DNA of 64,000 nucleotides, taken from contig OZ245365.1 of assembly GCA_965226495.1 (NCBI GenBank), forward strand, positions 3,904,001-3,968,000. Reading direction: 5' to 3'. This document shows positions 10,305-19,897 of this stretch, one piece after another. The stretch is from Candidatus Marinacidobacterales bacterium. Its GTDB lineage: Bacteria > Acidobacteriota > Vicinamibacteria > Marinacidobacterales > DATDRI01. The notes beneath the pieces were generated by a model that did not search any database, was not told the DNA's origin, and saw only the letters and a program-made list of their open reading frames with translations. How positions within the stretch are numbered: the first letter of the stretch is position 1; each line of letters begins with the position of its first letter. The position numbers were made by a program, and so were the translations under genes.

Positions 10305-11972
10305 ATGCAGCCGACTCGCTTGGCGAGCCTCGCCCTGGCCGCCCTCGCTACAGCATGTGCTCAACCCACCGGGGTTTCCTCCCCCGCGATCGAGAGCGCA
10401 CTGGAAAGCATCCGCCCTGAGGCCATCGAGGCTCACATCGCTTTTCTCGCCGACGACCTGCTCGAAGGCCGTGAGGCCGGAACCCGGGGCTACGATTTGG
10501 GTGCCAAATACGTCGCCGCTTCCTTCCAAGCGTTGGGATTGAAACCAGCGGGGTCGGACGGTACCTACTTCCAAAACGTCCCGCTTCGCAGCACAAGGCT
10601 CGACCCAAGCGGGAGCTCGGTGAACCTATTGCGTGAAGGCTGGACCAAAACACTACGGCGCGGAGAGGACTACATCGTCTCGCCCAGCGCGACGAGCGAA
10701 CAAATCGAGATCCGAGCTCCACTGATCTTCGTTGGATTCGGCGTGACCGCCCCTGAGCTCGACTATGACGACTACGCGGGTGTGGACGCCGAGGGCAAGA
10801 TCGCGGTCGCGCTGTCGGGTGCCCCCGCCAACTTCCCGTCCAACCAGCGCGCGTACTACTCGGGCGGTGCGAAAACGGAGAACGCGGCGTCTCACGGAGC
10901 GGTCGGGCTAATCAGAGTCTCCACTCCGGAATATGAGAAACGAAGGCCCTGGGCCAGAATGTCGCGCTTCGCAAACCAGGCGCGCATGCGATGGCTGGAT
11001 GCTAACGGCGTCCCGGCGGACACTTGGCCACTCATCAAGGTCGGAGCTGCGTTCAGTCGACCGATTGCGGAGGAAGTATTCTCCAGCGGCCCGGCATCTC
11101 TCGAGGAAGTCTTCGCGGCCGCGGAGTCTGGGAACCTGAAGAGCTTCGATCTGCCACTCGAGGCGGAGATCCGGACGGCCTCAGTACACGCCGATCTCGA
11201 AAGCCCGAACGTCATCGCCATGCTCGAGGGCTCGGACCCCAAGCTCAAGGACGAGTACATCATCTACAGTGCCCATTTGGACCACGTCGGCCTCGGAGAG
11301 CCCATCGACGGTGACGGCATCTGGAACGGCGCGTACGACAACGCATCCGGCACCGCCATGGTTTTGGAAGTCGCTCGAGCGTTCACGAACCTGCCCGAGC
11401 CGCCGAAACGCTCGATCCTTTTTGTCGCGACCACGGCAGAAGAAAAGGGTCTCTTGGGGGCTGATTATTTTGCAATCAGTCCCACGGTGCCCCAAGACGC
11501 CATCGTCGCGAATCTCAACATGGATGGCGCACTCATGGTGTACCCTATGAAAGACCTCGTGATCTACGGAGGCGAGCACTCGAGTCTCGGCGAGGTATTC
11601 GAACGTGCGGCGGCGCGAATGGACGTCGAGCTTAGTCCAGATCCTATTCCACAGGAAACCGTTTTCATTCGCAGCGATCAATTCCCCTTCGTCCGCCAAG
11701 GCATTCCGGCCGCCTATGCTTTTGTCGGACTTCAAACCACTGACCCCGACATAGACGCCGAAGCGGCCTTTTGGGAATGGATGACGACTCGCTATCACAC
11801 TCCCAAGGATGACATGAGCCAGAAGATGTACTTCGAGTCGGGCGCCCGATACGCCGGAGTGAACTTCTTGGCCGGGTATCTCGTGGCGCAAGATGCAGAA
11901 CGCCCCACGTGGAACGAAGGAGATTTCTTCGGAGACAAATTTGGCTCCAAGAGAAGAACCGCATCGCGATGA
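10305..11972 (+). CDS. M28 aminopeptidase lipoprotein with PA domain
   Basis: Lipobox LATAC; SAHLDH, GAYDNASG, AEEKGLLG, RSDQ, YHTP; RBS aaggag. Confidence 0.9.
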   Translation: MQPTRLASLALAALATACAQPTGVSSPAIESALESIRPEAIEAHIAFLADDLLEGREAGTRGYDLGAKYVAASFQALGLKPAGSDGTYFQNVPLRSTRLDPSGSSVNLLREGWTKTLRRGEDYIVSPSATSEQIEIRAPLIFVGFGVTAPELDYDDYAGVDAEGKIAVALSGAPANFPSNQRAYYSGGAKTENAASHGAVGLIRVSTPEYEKRRPWARMSRFANQARMRWLDANGVPADTWPLIKVGAAFSRPIAEEVFSSGPASLEEVFAAAESGNLKSFDLPLEAEIRTASVHADLESPNVIAMLEGSDPKLKDEYIIYSAHLDHVGLGEPIDGDGIWNGAYDNASGTAMVLEVARAFTNLPEPPKRSILFVATTAEEKGLLGADYFAISPTVPQDAIVANLNMDGALMVYPMKDLVIYGGEHSSLGEVFERAAARMDVELSPDPIPQETVFIRSDQFPFVRQGIPAAYAFVGLQTTDPDIDAEAAFWEWMTTRYHTPKDDMSQKMYFESGARYAGVNFLAGYLVAQDAERPTWNEGDFFGDKFGSKRRTASR

Positions 11973-13567
11973 GTGGCTACGAGATCGTATTCCGGGGCGG
12001 CACACTCGTCGACGGCACCGGTGCCAAGGAGCGGTTGGCGGATGTCGCTATCGACGCTGACACCATCGTCGCCATCGGTCAGGGCTTACGCGGCCGCCGG
12101 GAGATCGACTGCACCGACCTCGTCGTCGCACCCGGATTCATCGACACCCACTCCCATTCCGATCTGAGAGTCCTCACCGAACCCATACTCCCGATGAAGC
12201 TTCGGCAAGGCATCACGCTCGAAGTCCTGGGGCAGGACGGGATCAGCGTCGCACCGCTGAGACCGAATCACATTCCCGATACTCGCCGTCAGCTAGCCGG
12301 CCTTCTCGGCGATCTGCCAGAGGAGGAATGGCGCTGGGAACGAGTGCGCGATTACCTGAAAGTCATCGAGGACCACCGTCCCGCGATCAACATAGCCTAC
12401 TTGGTGCCGCACGGAACTCTCAGAACCTACGTGATGGGACCGGAAGACCGAAAGCCCTCCCCCGCCGAGCTCGTGAAGCTCACCACAGAGCTGGGCCGTG
12501 GCCTCGACGAGGGAGCTCTGGGCCTCTCCACCGGCCTCATCTATCCCCCGTGCTGTTACTCCGACACCGACGAGCTCGTCGCCCTGGGAAGCGTACTAGC
12601 TCCCCGAAAGGCTCCGCTCGTCGTGCACATGCGCAGCGAGTCGGATTTGATCGAGCGTGCCATCGACGAGATGTTGGAAGTGGGCGTCCGGTCTCGATGT
12701 CCCGTTCACATCTCCCATTTCAAGATTGCGGGGCGAGATAACTTCTCTCGCGTCGCTGGAGTCGTCGAACGCATCGAGGAAGCGCAACGGCAAGGCGTGT
12801 CGGTGACCGGAGACCAATACTGCTACGCCGCCGGTTCCACGATGCTGGGAGCCATCTTGCCGCCATGGGCGCATAACGGAGGCGCAACGAAGACGCTCGC
12901 GCGTCTTGCCGATCCCGCCGCACGACAGAAGATGCGTGAGGATATGGAGAAAAAGGGCGCACTGCCATGGGACTCCTTTTGGAAGTGGACGGGCCCGGAG
13001 GGTATCGTCATCAGCGACATCCCGAGCGGCCGGCATGCGGAGTGGCTCGGAAAGACCGTGGCGCAAGCCGCACAGGACGCCGGCAAGGAGCCCTTCGATT
13101 TCGCCTTCGACCTCCTAGAAAGTGAAGAGATGGGCGTGGGTATGATCTCACACTCGCAAAGCGAAGAGGTTCTGGAACGATTTATCGCGCTTCCCTACTT
13201 GAACGGCTGCACCGATGCACTGCTCGGCGGAAAACCACACCCGCGCGCGTACGGTACTTACCCTCGATTTCTGGGCCGTTACGTTCGCGAGGAGAAGATT
13301 CTCGAGCTTCCGGAGATGGTTCGAAAAATGACGAGTCAAGCCGCTACCGCGATGAGCCTTTCCGGCGTGGGAGAAGTGCGGGAGGGTTTCGTCGCCGATC
13401 TGGTGGTCTTCGATGCGAACACCATCAAAGACACGGCAACATTTGCCGAGCCGGCTTCGTATCCAGAGGGCATCTTTCACGTGATGGTTCGCGGTCAACT
13501 GGCGCTCGACAACTCCGAAGTGACCGGAGTCCGCGCCGGACAAGTAGTCCGCCCAGACGTGGGATAA
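11969..13567 (+). CDS. N-acyl-D-amino-acid deacylase (D-aminoacylase family)
   Basis: PGFIDTHSHSD, HMRSE, HISHFK, PHPRAYGTYPR; ATGA overlap with upstream stop. Confidence 0.88.
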   Translation: MSGYEIVFRGGTLVDGTGAKERLADVAIDADTIVAIGQGLRGRREIDCTDLVVAPGFIDTHSHSDLRVLTEPILPMKLRQGITLEVLGQDGISVAPLRPNHIPDTRRQLAGLLGDLPEEEWRWERVRDYLKVIEDHRPAINIAYLVPHGTLRTYVMGPEDRKPSPAELVKLTTELGRGLDEGALGLSTGLIYPPCCYSDTDELVALGSVLAPRKAPLVVHMRSESDLIERAIDEMLEVGVRSRCPVHISHFKIAGRDNFSRVAGVVERIEEAQRQGVSVTGDQYCYAAGSTMLGAILPPWAHNGGATKTLARLADPAARQKMREDMEKKGALPWDSFWKWTGPEGIVISDIPSGRHAEWLGKTVAQAAQDAGKEPFDFAFDLLESEEMGVGMISHSQSEEVLERFIALPYLNGCTDALLGGKPHPRAYGTYPRFLGRYVREEKILELPEMVRKMTSQAATAMSLSGVGEVREGFVADLVVFDANTIKDTATFAEPASYPEGIFHVMVRGQLALDNSEVTGVRAGQVVRPDVG

Positions 13568-13581
13568 CGCAGGGTAACGGA

Positions 13582-16221
13582 ATGGGTTTCGACCTGACTC
13601 TCAACGGAAGCGCTCGGACCATCGAGCCGCGCGAGGGTGAGTCTCTCCTTCACGCCTTGAGGAGTCAGTGCGGCATTACTTCCACCAAAAACGGTTGCGA
13701 GCCGCAAGGCCAATGCGGCTGCTGTCTCGCATTGGTGGACGGCAGCCCCAAAGTCACCTGCGCGATGCCGGCCGAAAAAGCGGAGGGCAAAGACATTCTC
13801 ACTCTAGAGGGTCTCAGCGAGGAGGAGCGCGAGCTCTTCTCCCGCGCCTTCGTCTCCGCAGCGGGTTTACAGTGCGGATTTTGTATTCCTGGGATTCTCC
13901 TCCGTGCCAAGCACCTAGTGGACCAGAACCCGAACCCGTCCCGGCAGGACATCGCAAAGGCGATCGACGTTCACCTGTGCCGCTGTACTGGCTACGTGAA
14001 GATCATCGACGCCATCGAGCTCATGGCGGATGCCAAGCGTGGCGAGCCCATACCCGAGCCCATCAACGACGGACGAGTGGGCCAATCGCTACGACGTGTA
14101 ACGGGAGAGGCGATGGCACTGGGATGTCGTCCCTATGTGGACGATCTGGTCCGCCCCGAGTTGCTACACGGCGCGGTCACGCTTTCGCCGCACGCGCGAG
14201 CCAAGGTCAAGCGAATCGACACATCCAAAGCCCAAGCGCTACCGGGCGTGGTCGCCGTGGCCACGGCCAAAGACGTACCGGGGAACCGCTGGTACGGCCT
14301 CATCTACAAAGATTGGCCTGGGTTCATCGCCGAGGGTGAAGAGACGCGCTCGGTCGGTGATGTTCTCGCGGCTATCGCCGCCGAGGACGAACTGACTGCC
14401 CGTCGGGCGGCGAAGCTCGTGGAGGTCGACTTCGAAGTCCTCACGCCGGTGCTCGATCCGGAAGAAGCCATGAAGCCGGACGCCCCGACCGTCAACCCCA
14501 ACAGGCCTGACAACGTCCTTTCTCGCTCGGTGATTCGCCGTGGTGACGCCGATGGTGCTCTCGCCCAGAGCGCCCATGTCATCTCGGAAACATGGAAGAC
14601 CCAGCGCATCGAGCATCTTTACCTGGAGCCGGAGGCTGCGCTTGCGGAGACTCTCCCCGATGGACGCCTGCGCCTAGCAACTCAAGGCCAGGGCATTTTC
14701 GACGACCGGCGTCAGGTCGCGTCTTTTCTCGGCGTCCCAGAAGATCAAGTATTCGTAGAATTGATCCCCAACGGCGGTGCCTTCGGTGGCAAGGAAGACA
14801 TGTCGATCCAAGCGCAGACGGCGTTGCTTGCACAAATGACGGGACGTCCCGTCAAGCTGGCGCTCAGTCGAGACGAATCGATTCGCCTCCACCCGAAACG
14901 CCATCCGATCACGATGCGCTTCACCGTAGGTTGCGATGACGAAGGAAGACTCACCGCGGTGAAAGCGCGCATGGTGGGTGACACCGGTGCCTATGCCAGT
15001 GTCGGCGGGAAGGTCTTGGAGCGCGCCGCAGGTCATTCCTGCGGGCCGTACCGGGTTGCGAACGTCGACGTCGAGTCGGTGGCGGTCTATACCAATAATC
15101 CCCCTTGCGGTGCCATGCGCGGCTTCGGCGCCAATCAGGCTGCGTTCGCGATCGACGGAGCATTAGATCTTCTGGCTCAAAAAGTCGGTCTCGATGGCTG
15201 GGAGATGCGCTGGCGCAACGCAGTGGAGGTTGGAGACGCCTTCTCCACCGGCCAAATCCTCGAGAAATCGGTAGGCATCAAGAAGACCCTTGAGGCAATC
15301 AAGGATATCTACTACGACGCCAAACGCCAAGGCAAAGCGATTGGTATTGGCTGCGGCATCAAAAACTCCGGAATCGGCAACGGCGCCAAAGAGTGGGGCA
15401 AGGCTCGGTTAGTGGTAGAGAAAGACGGAACGGTGTCTATTTATAACGGTTACACCGAAATGGGACAGGGACTTCTTACCGTGCTCGTTCAGTTCGCCGT
15501 GGAAGCGACGGGACTGCCTTCCTCCGTTTTTCGGCCCAAGGTCGATGCCACCTACGCGCTCGATTGTGGTCAGACAACCGGATCCCGCGCCACTCTATTC
15601 GGCGGACGCGCGGTCCTGAGCGCCGGCGAGAAGCTCAAAGCAGATCTCGACCGGGGTCAGAAACTGTCGGAACTTGTCGGCAATGTGTACGCCGCCGACG
15701 TTCTTACTGAAGACACAACGGCCCTCGGAGCAAAAGTCGACAAGATCAAAACGCATACGGCCTTCAGTTACGCAACACAGTTGTGCATCTTGGACGAAGA
15801 CGGCCGTCTGGAGCGCTTCGTAGCCGCTCACGATGTGGGTCGAGCGGTGAATCCGGACCTGTGCACGGGTCAGATCGAAGGCTCGGTTCACATGGGAATC
15901 GGCTATGCCCTGACCGAAGAACTGCCCTGCGCCGACGGAATGCCTGTGACCTTCAAGCTTCGCGACCTCGGAGTCCTTCGCGCCCGAGATATGCCCGAGG
16001 TCGAGGTCATCCTAGTGGAGGAGCACGAGCCAGAAGGGCCGTGCGGAGCGAAGGGCGTGGGGGAGATCGGCCTGGTACCCACCGCCGCCGCGGTAGCGGG
16101 CGCACTCGACGCCTTTGATGGAAAAAGACGGTTCGAACTCCCGATGAAAGACTCACCCGCCGCCCAACACATAAGTGTCGGTAAGATTCGGACCCGGATA
16201 CCGACCGAATCTTGGCGCTGA
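13582..16221 (+). CDS. xdh: Selenium-dependent-type xanthine dehydrogenase (fused 2Fe-2S + Mo-binding domains)
   Basis: N-terminal GCEPQGQCGCC, QCGFC, CRCTGY fused to Mo domain with GGAFGGKED, AMRGFG, GIKNSGIGNG, QTTGSR. Confidence 0.8.
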   Translation: MGFDLTLNGSARTIEPREGESLLHALRSQCGITSTKNGCEPQGQCGCCLALVDGSPKVTCAMPAEKAEGKDILTLEGLSEEERELFSRAFVSAAGLQCGFCIPGILLRAKHLVDQNPNPSRQDIAKAIDVHLCRCTGYVKIIDAIELMADAKRGEPIPEPINDGRVGQSLRRVTGEAMALGCRPYVDDLVRPELLHGAVTLSPHARAKVKRIDTSKAQALPGVVAVATAKDVPGNRWYGLIYKDWPGFIAEGEETRSVGDVLAAIAAEDELTARRAAKLVEVDFEVLTPVLDPEEAMKPDAPTVNPNRPDNVLSRSVIRRGDADGALAQSAHVISETWKTQRIEHLYLEPEAALAETLPDGRLRLATQGQGIFDDRRQVASFLGVPEDQVFVELIPNGGAFGGKEDMSIQAQTALLAQMTGRPVKLALSRDESIRLHPKRHPITMRFTVGCDDEGRLTAVKARMVGDTGAYASVGGKVLERAAGHSCGPYRVANVDVESVAVYTNNPPCGAMRGFGANQAAFAIDGALDLLAQKVGLDGWEMRWRNAVEVGDAFSTGQILEKSVGIKKTLEAIKDIYYDAKRQGKAIGIGCGIKNSGIGNGAKEWGKARLVVEKDGTVSIYNGYTEMGQGLLTVLVQFAVEATGLPSSVFRPKVDATYALDCGQTTGSRATLFGGRAVLSAGEKLKADLDRGQKLSELVGNVYAADVLTEDTTALGAKVDKIKTHTAFSYATQLCILDEDGRLERFVAAHDVGRAVNPDLCTGQIEGSVHMGIGYALTEELPCADGMPVTFKLRDLGVLRARDMPEVEVILVEEHEPEGPCGAKGVGEIGLVPTAAAVAGALDAFDGKRRFELPMKDSPAAQHISVGKIRTRIPTESWR

Positions 16222-16228
16222 CCGCGCC

Positions 16229-17452
16229 ATGGCCTCCACCCGACTTTATCTCGAGACCGACGATCCCCTCCGATCCGTGCTGATCGAGGACGGTGGAGTA
16301 AAGAAAATCGGGAATCCTTGTCCGGAAGACACGCCGCGCCTCGACTGCAAGGGAGTGGAGTTGAGACCGAGTTACCTCAACGCCCACACACACCTTTACA
16401 GCGGACTCGTGCCCTTCGGCATGCCGCCCCCCTCGCAACCTCCTGAGAATTTCGTGCAGATTCTGGAACGGGTGTGGTGGCGCCTCGATCGCGCCTTGGA
16501 TCGAGACAGTTTGCGGGCCGCGGCGCGGCTCTACGTGGCAGAGGCATTGCTCTCTGGCACCACCGCGCTGATCGATCATCACGAGTCGCCAGAGACGATC
16601 GATGGGGCACTCGATATCTTGGCCGACGCGTGCCAGGAGCTCGGTATCCGGGCCCTCTTGTGTTACGGGGCCACGGAAAGAAATCGCGGGGCGGAGGAGG
16701 CGAAACAAGGTCTCGACGAGTGTCGACGATTCGCGCAATCGAACCGGAGGCCTCTGGTCCGCGGACTGGTGGGACTGCATGCATCGTTCACCGTTTCGGA
16801 CGAGACAATCCGGAGGGCCGGGGCAATGTGCCGCGAGCTAGGAACTGTCCTCCACGTTCACGTCGCCGAGGACGTCGCGGACGTCGATGATGCCAAGAAG
16901 CGCGGTTACGCCGGTCCCTTCGAACGGCTGAAGGCGCTCGATGGCTTGGTGCCCGGCTCGATACTGGCCCACGGCGTCCACCTGAGCCAAAACCAAGTCG
17001 AAAACGTCGTCGGAAAGGGATGCTGGCTGGTGCAGAACCCCCGGTCGAACAAAGGCAACCGCGTGGGTTATCCGGCAGCCTTATGGGCCAGCCACCGCGT
17101 GGCGCTCGGTACTGATGGCTACCCGGCGAACATGCTTGCCGAGCAAGCCGAATTGGCCGCGCTTGCGAAAGCACAAGGAGACCTGGAAGCGAACGCTTCC
17201 GCAAATCGACTCGCCGCCGGTTGGATGATTGCGACCGAGCAATGGGGTGGGTTCTTCGGCATGCCGGCCACCGGAACCGCCGCCGATATAGCGATAGTTC
17301 CCCCGGGGACGGACACCCCAAGACATGTGATCGTGGGCGGTCGCGTAATTATCGAGAATGGGGTCTTGCAAACTGGCGACATCGAACAAATCCGAGCCGA
17401 AGCCAGGGAGCAAGCGCGGAAGCTTTGGCAACGCATGTCGGAAATGTCTTAG
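16229..17452 (+). CDS. SsnA-like amidohydrolase
   Basis: NAHTHLYSGL, NFVQILERVWWRLDRALD, IDHHES, GLHASFT, HVAED, LGTDG. Confidence 0.82.
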   Translation: MASTRLYLETDDPLRSVLIEDGGVKKIGNPCPEDTPRLDCKGVELRPSYLNAHTHLYSGLVPFGMPPPSQPPENFVQILERVWWRLDRALDRDSLRAAARLYVAEALLSGTTALIDHHESPETIDGALDILADACQELGIRALLCYGATERNRGAEEAKQGLDECRRFAQSNRRPLVRGLVGLHASFTVSDETIRRAGAMCRELGTVLHVHVAEDVADVDDAKKRGYAGPFERLKALDGLVPGSILAHGVHLSQNQVENVVGKGCWLVQNPRSNKGNRVGYPAALWASHRVALGTDGYPANMLAEQAELAALAKAQGDLEANASANRLAAGWMIATEQWGGFFGMPATGTAADIAIVPPGTDTPRHVIVGGRVIIENGVLQTGDIEQIRAEAREQARKLWQRMSEMS

Positions 17453-17510
17453 CAATTGATTTCGGGACGTGTAGATTAACACAGCCGCGTAGAATTATGC
17501 TTGTGTACCC

Positions 17511-18524
17511 ATGTCAAAACGCGTAGCCCTTTACCTGCAGGATGCACACCCTCTCGCGGACGGGATCCGATATGTTCAGTATGCCGAAAGCAAAGGGTTC
17601 GAAGCGGTCTGGCAAGCCGAGAGTCGACTCGTCCGCGACGCGATCGTTCCCATGGCCGCCTTTGCGGCGGTGACCTCCCACATTCGCATCGGTTCCGGCG
17701 TCATCAACAACTGGACCCGCAACATCGGACTTCTCGCCGCCACCTACCTCACGCTGGATGATCTAGCGCCGGACCGAATCCTCTGCGGGATCGGAGCCTG
17801 GTGGGATCCGCTGGCCGCCAACACGGGAATCAAACGACGGAAGCCGCTTCTCGCAATGCGGGAGACCATCGAGGTCTTTCGACGCCTCCTCCGTTTGGAG
17901 AACGTCACTTTCGAGGGCGAGTTTCACCAGGTCACGGGGATCGAGCTGGACGTCGTGCACGGACGGCGCGAGCCAAGAAACGTTCCCGTCTATATCGGAG
18001 CGACCGGGGACAAGATGATGGAGCTCGCCGGCGAGATCGCGGACGGTGTGTTACTCAACTACTGCGTGCCACCCGAGTACAACGACCGCGCGATGGAGCT
18101 CTTAGCGAAAGGTGCTCGGCGAGCCGACCGCAGACTCGAGGACCTGGATAGACCGCAACTCATTGTTTGTTCGGTCGATCGCGATCGGACTCGGGCGATT
18201 GAAAGCGCAAAGGAGCTGATCACTCAGTACCTCGCGCAACAACCTCACATCGCGAAGGGCTCGGGAGTCAGTCCATCCACGGTGGAACAGATTCAATCGA
18301 TTCTGGGCTGGCCCGCAACCAAGGAACAAATTAAGAAGGCGATGCACCTTGTTCCCGACGAGCTGGTGCTTCGCATCACCGCGACCGGAACGCCTGAAGA
18401 AGCCCGTACGAAAGTCGAAGAGTACGAGAAGCGAGGGTGCACCTGCCCGGTACTCTATCCACTCGGAGATCCGATACTGATGATGGACACTTTCGGCGTG
18501 GAAGTTGAGGGAAAATCAGGCTGA
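17511..18524 (+). CDS. LLM-class flavin/F420-dependent oxidoreductase
   Basis: Luciferase-like fold motifs: [30 protein letters not shown]. Confidence 0.85.
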   Translation: MSKRVALYLQDAHPLADGIRYVQYAESKGFEAVWQAESRLVRDAIVPMAAFAAVTSHIRIGSGVINNWTRNIGLLAATYLTLDDLAPDRILCGIGAWWDPLAANTGIKRRKPLLAMRETIEVFRRLLRLENVTFEGEFHQVTGIELDVVHGRREPRNVPVYIGATGDKMMELAGEIADGVLLNYCVPPEYNDRAMELLAKGARRADRRLEDLDRPQLIVCSVDRDRTRAIESAKELITQYLAQQPHIAKGSGVSPSTVEQIQSILGWPATKEQIKKAMHLVPDELVLRITATGTPEEARTKVEEYEKRGCTCPVLYPLGDPILMMDTFGVEVEGKSG

Positions 18525-18741
18525 CTCCATTTCCGAGACAGCCCTTGCCTTCATGCTGAAAATATGCTTGAATGTCTCCGTATTCAGCTGGAGATGCTTG
18601 TTCGTAACGCGCCGGTAACGATCGGGTCCATAATCCTTTAAATGCAACCCCCTTTCCGCTCCTTGAGTCGCTCTTGTCGACCTGATCTTCAAAAGAAACC
18701 GTCGTGAAGTCTCCGCTGGGCCAACAGGAGAGGCATGGAAG

Positions 18742-19017
18742 ATGAATATATACGTTGGGAATCTCGCGTTTAGCACTACCGAAGCTGACCTCAAGGAGGC
18801 GTTCGAAAGGTTCGGCCGAGTCGACACCGCCAGCATCATCATGGATCGACACACGAACCAATCTCGTGGATTCGGCTTCGTGGAGATGGCTGATTCCGGT
18901 GAAGCGAAGGCGGCCATCGAGGGTTTGAACGGCACCGACATGCAAGGGCGTTCGCTCCGAGTGAACGAAGCTCGCGACCGGGACGACAAGGGAGAGCGGA
19001 AGCCGCGCCGATTCTAG
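18742..19017 (+). CDS. RRM RNA-binding protein
   Basis: RNP2 IYVGNL and RNP1 RGFGFVEM. Confidence 0.95.
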   Translation: MNIYVGNLAFSTTEADLKEAFERFGRVDTASIIMDRHTNQSRGFGFVEMADSGEAKAAIEGLNGTDMQGRSLRVNEARDRDDKGERKPRRF

Positions 19018-19087
19018 TCTTAGCAAACTTTACCAGCCCGTTTTCCCACCCTTTTACAAACCAGGACCGGTCGGTTAGGCTCTCCCC

Positions 19088-19897
19088 GTGGAGCAAGGGC
19101 CCAAACCCGCTGGACTCCGTGTCACCGACCTCACTCTTCGCTTCGGCGGCGTGGCCGCCCTCACGGAAATAAACCTCGAGGTGAGGCGAGGCGAGATCCT
19201 CGCCATCATTGGCCCGAACGGCGCCGGAAAAACAAGCCTCCTCAACTGCATCAGCGGACTTTGCCGACCTCAGCAAGGCTCGATTCAGTTCACCGATAGC
19301 GAACGAGCCACACACGAGCTCACCAACAAACGACCACACCAGATCGCTCGCCTCGGCATAGCCCGCTCGTTTCAGAACATCGAGCTATTCCGCCACATGA
19401 CGGTGCTTGAAAACATGATGTTGGGACGCCATGTCCGTATGCGAGGCAACGTGCTGAGTTGCGGGGTCTACTGGCTCCGACAACAGGACGAGGAGATCGC
19501 ACACCGCAAGTACGTCGAAAAGATCATCGACTTCCTCGAAATCGAGACCATCCGTTACCAACCTGTTGGCACCCTGGCCTACGGCCTTCAAAAACGTGTG
19601 GAGCTCGGAAGAGCCTTGGCACTCGGTCCTGACACCCTTCTCCTCGATGAACCGATGGCAGGAATGAACGTGGAAGAAAAGGAAGACATGGCTCGATTCA
19701 TCCTCGACATCAACGAGGAGTGGGGCGTCACCATCGCCCTGATCGAGCACGACATGGGGGTGGTGATGGATCTCTCTAGCCGCTTGGTGGTCCTGGACTT
19801 CGGGCGAAAGATCGCCGAGGGGACCCCCCAACAAGTACGCGAGGACCCGCGTGTGGTGCAAGCCTACCTGGGAGGAGAGTCCCGGAGCGGCACGTGA
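19088..19897 (+). CDS. LivG-like ABC ATPase
   Basis: GPNGAGKT, LLLDEP, LIEHDM. Confidence 0.92.
   Translation: MEQGPKPAGLRVTDLTLRFGGVAALTEINLEVRRGEILAIIGPNGAGKTSLLNCISGLCRPQQGSIQFTDSERATHELTNKRPHQIARLGIARSFQNIELFRHMTVLENMMLGRHVRMRGNVLSCGVYWLRQQDEEIAHRKYVEKIIDFLEIETIRYQPVGTLAYGLQKRVELGRALALGPDTLLLDEPMAGMNVEEKEDMARFILDINEEWGVTIALIEHDMGVVMDLSSRLVVLDFGRKIAEGTPQQVREDPRVVQAYLGGESRSGT

Noticed and set aside
13582-16221. Selenocysteine in the Se-dependent-type Xdh
   Set aside because: No in-frame TGA; this enzyme class uses a labile selenium cofactor, not Sec
18525-18741. Riboswitch or ncRNA upstream of the RRM gene (also checked 23929-24186)
   Set aside because: No recognisable aptamer or tRNA consensus by eye; an Rfam scan is needed
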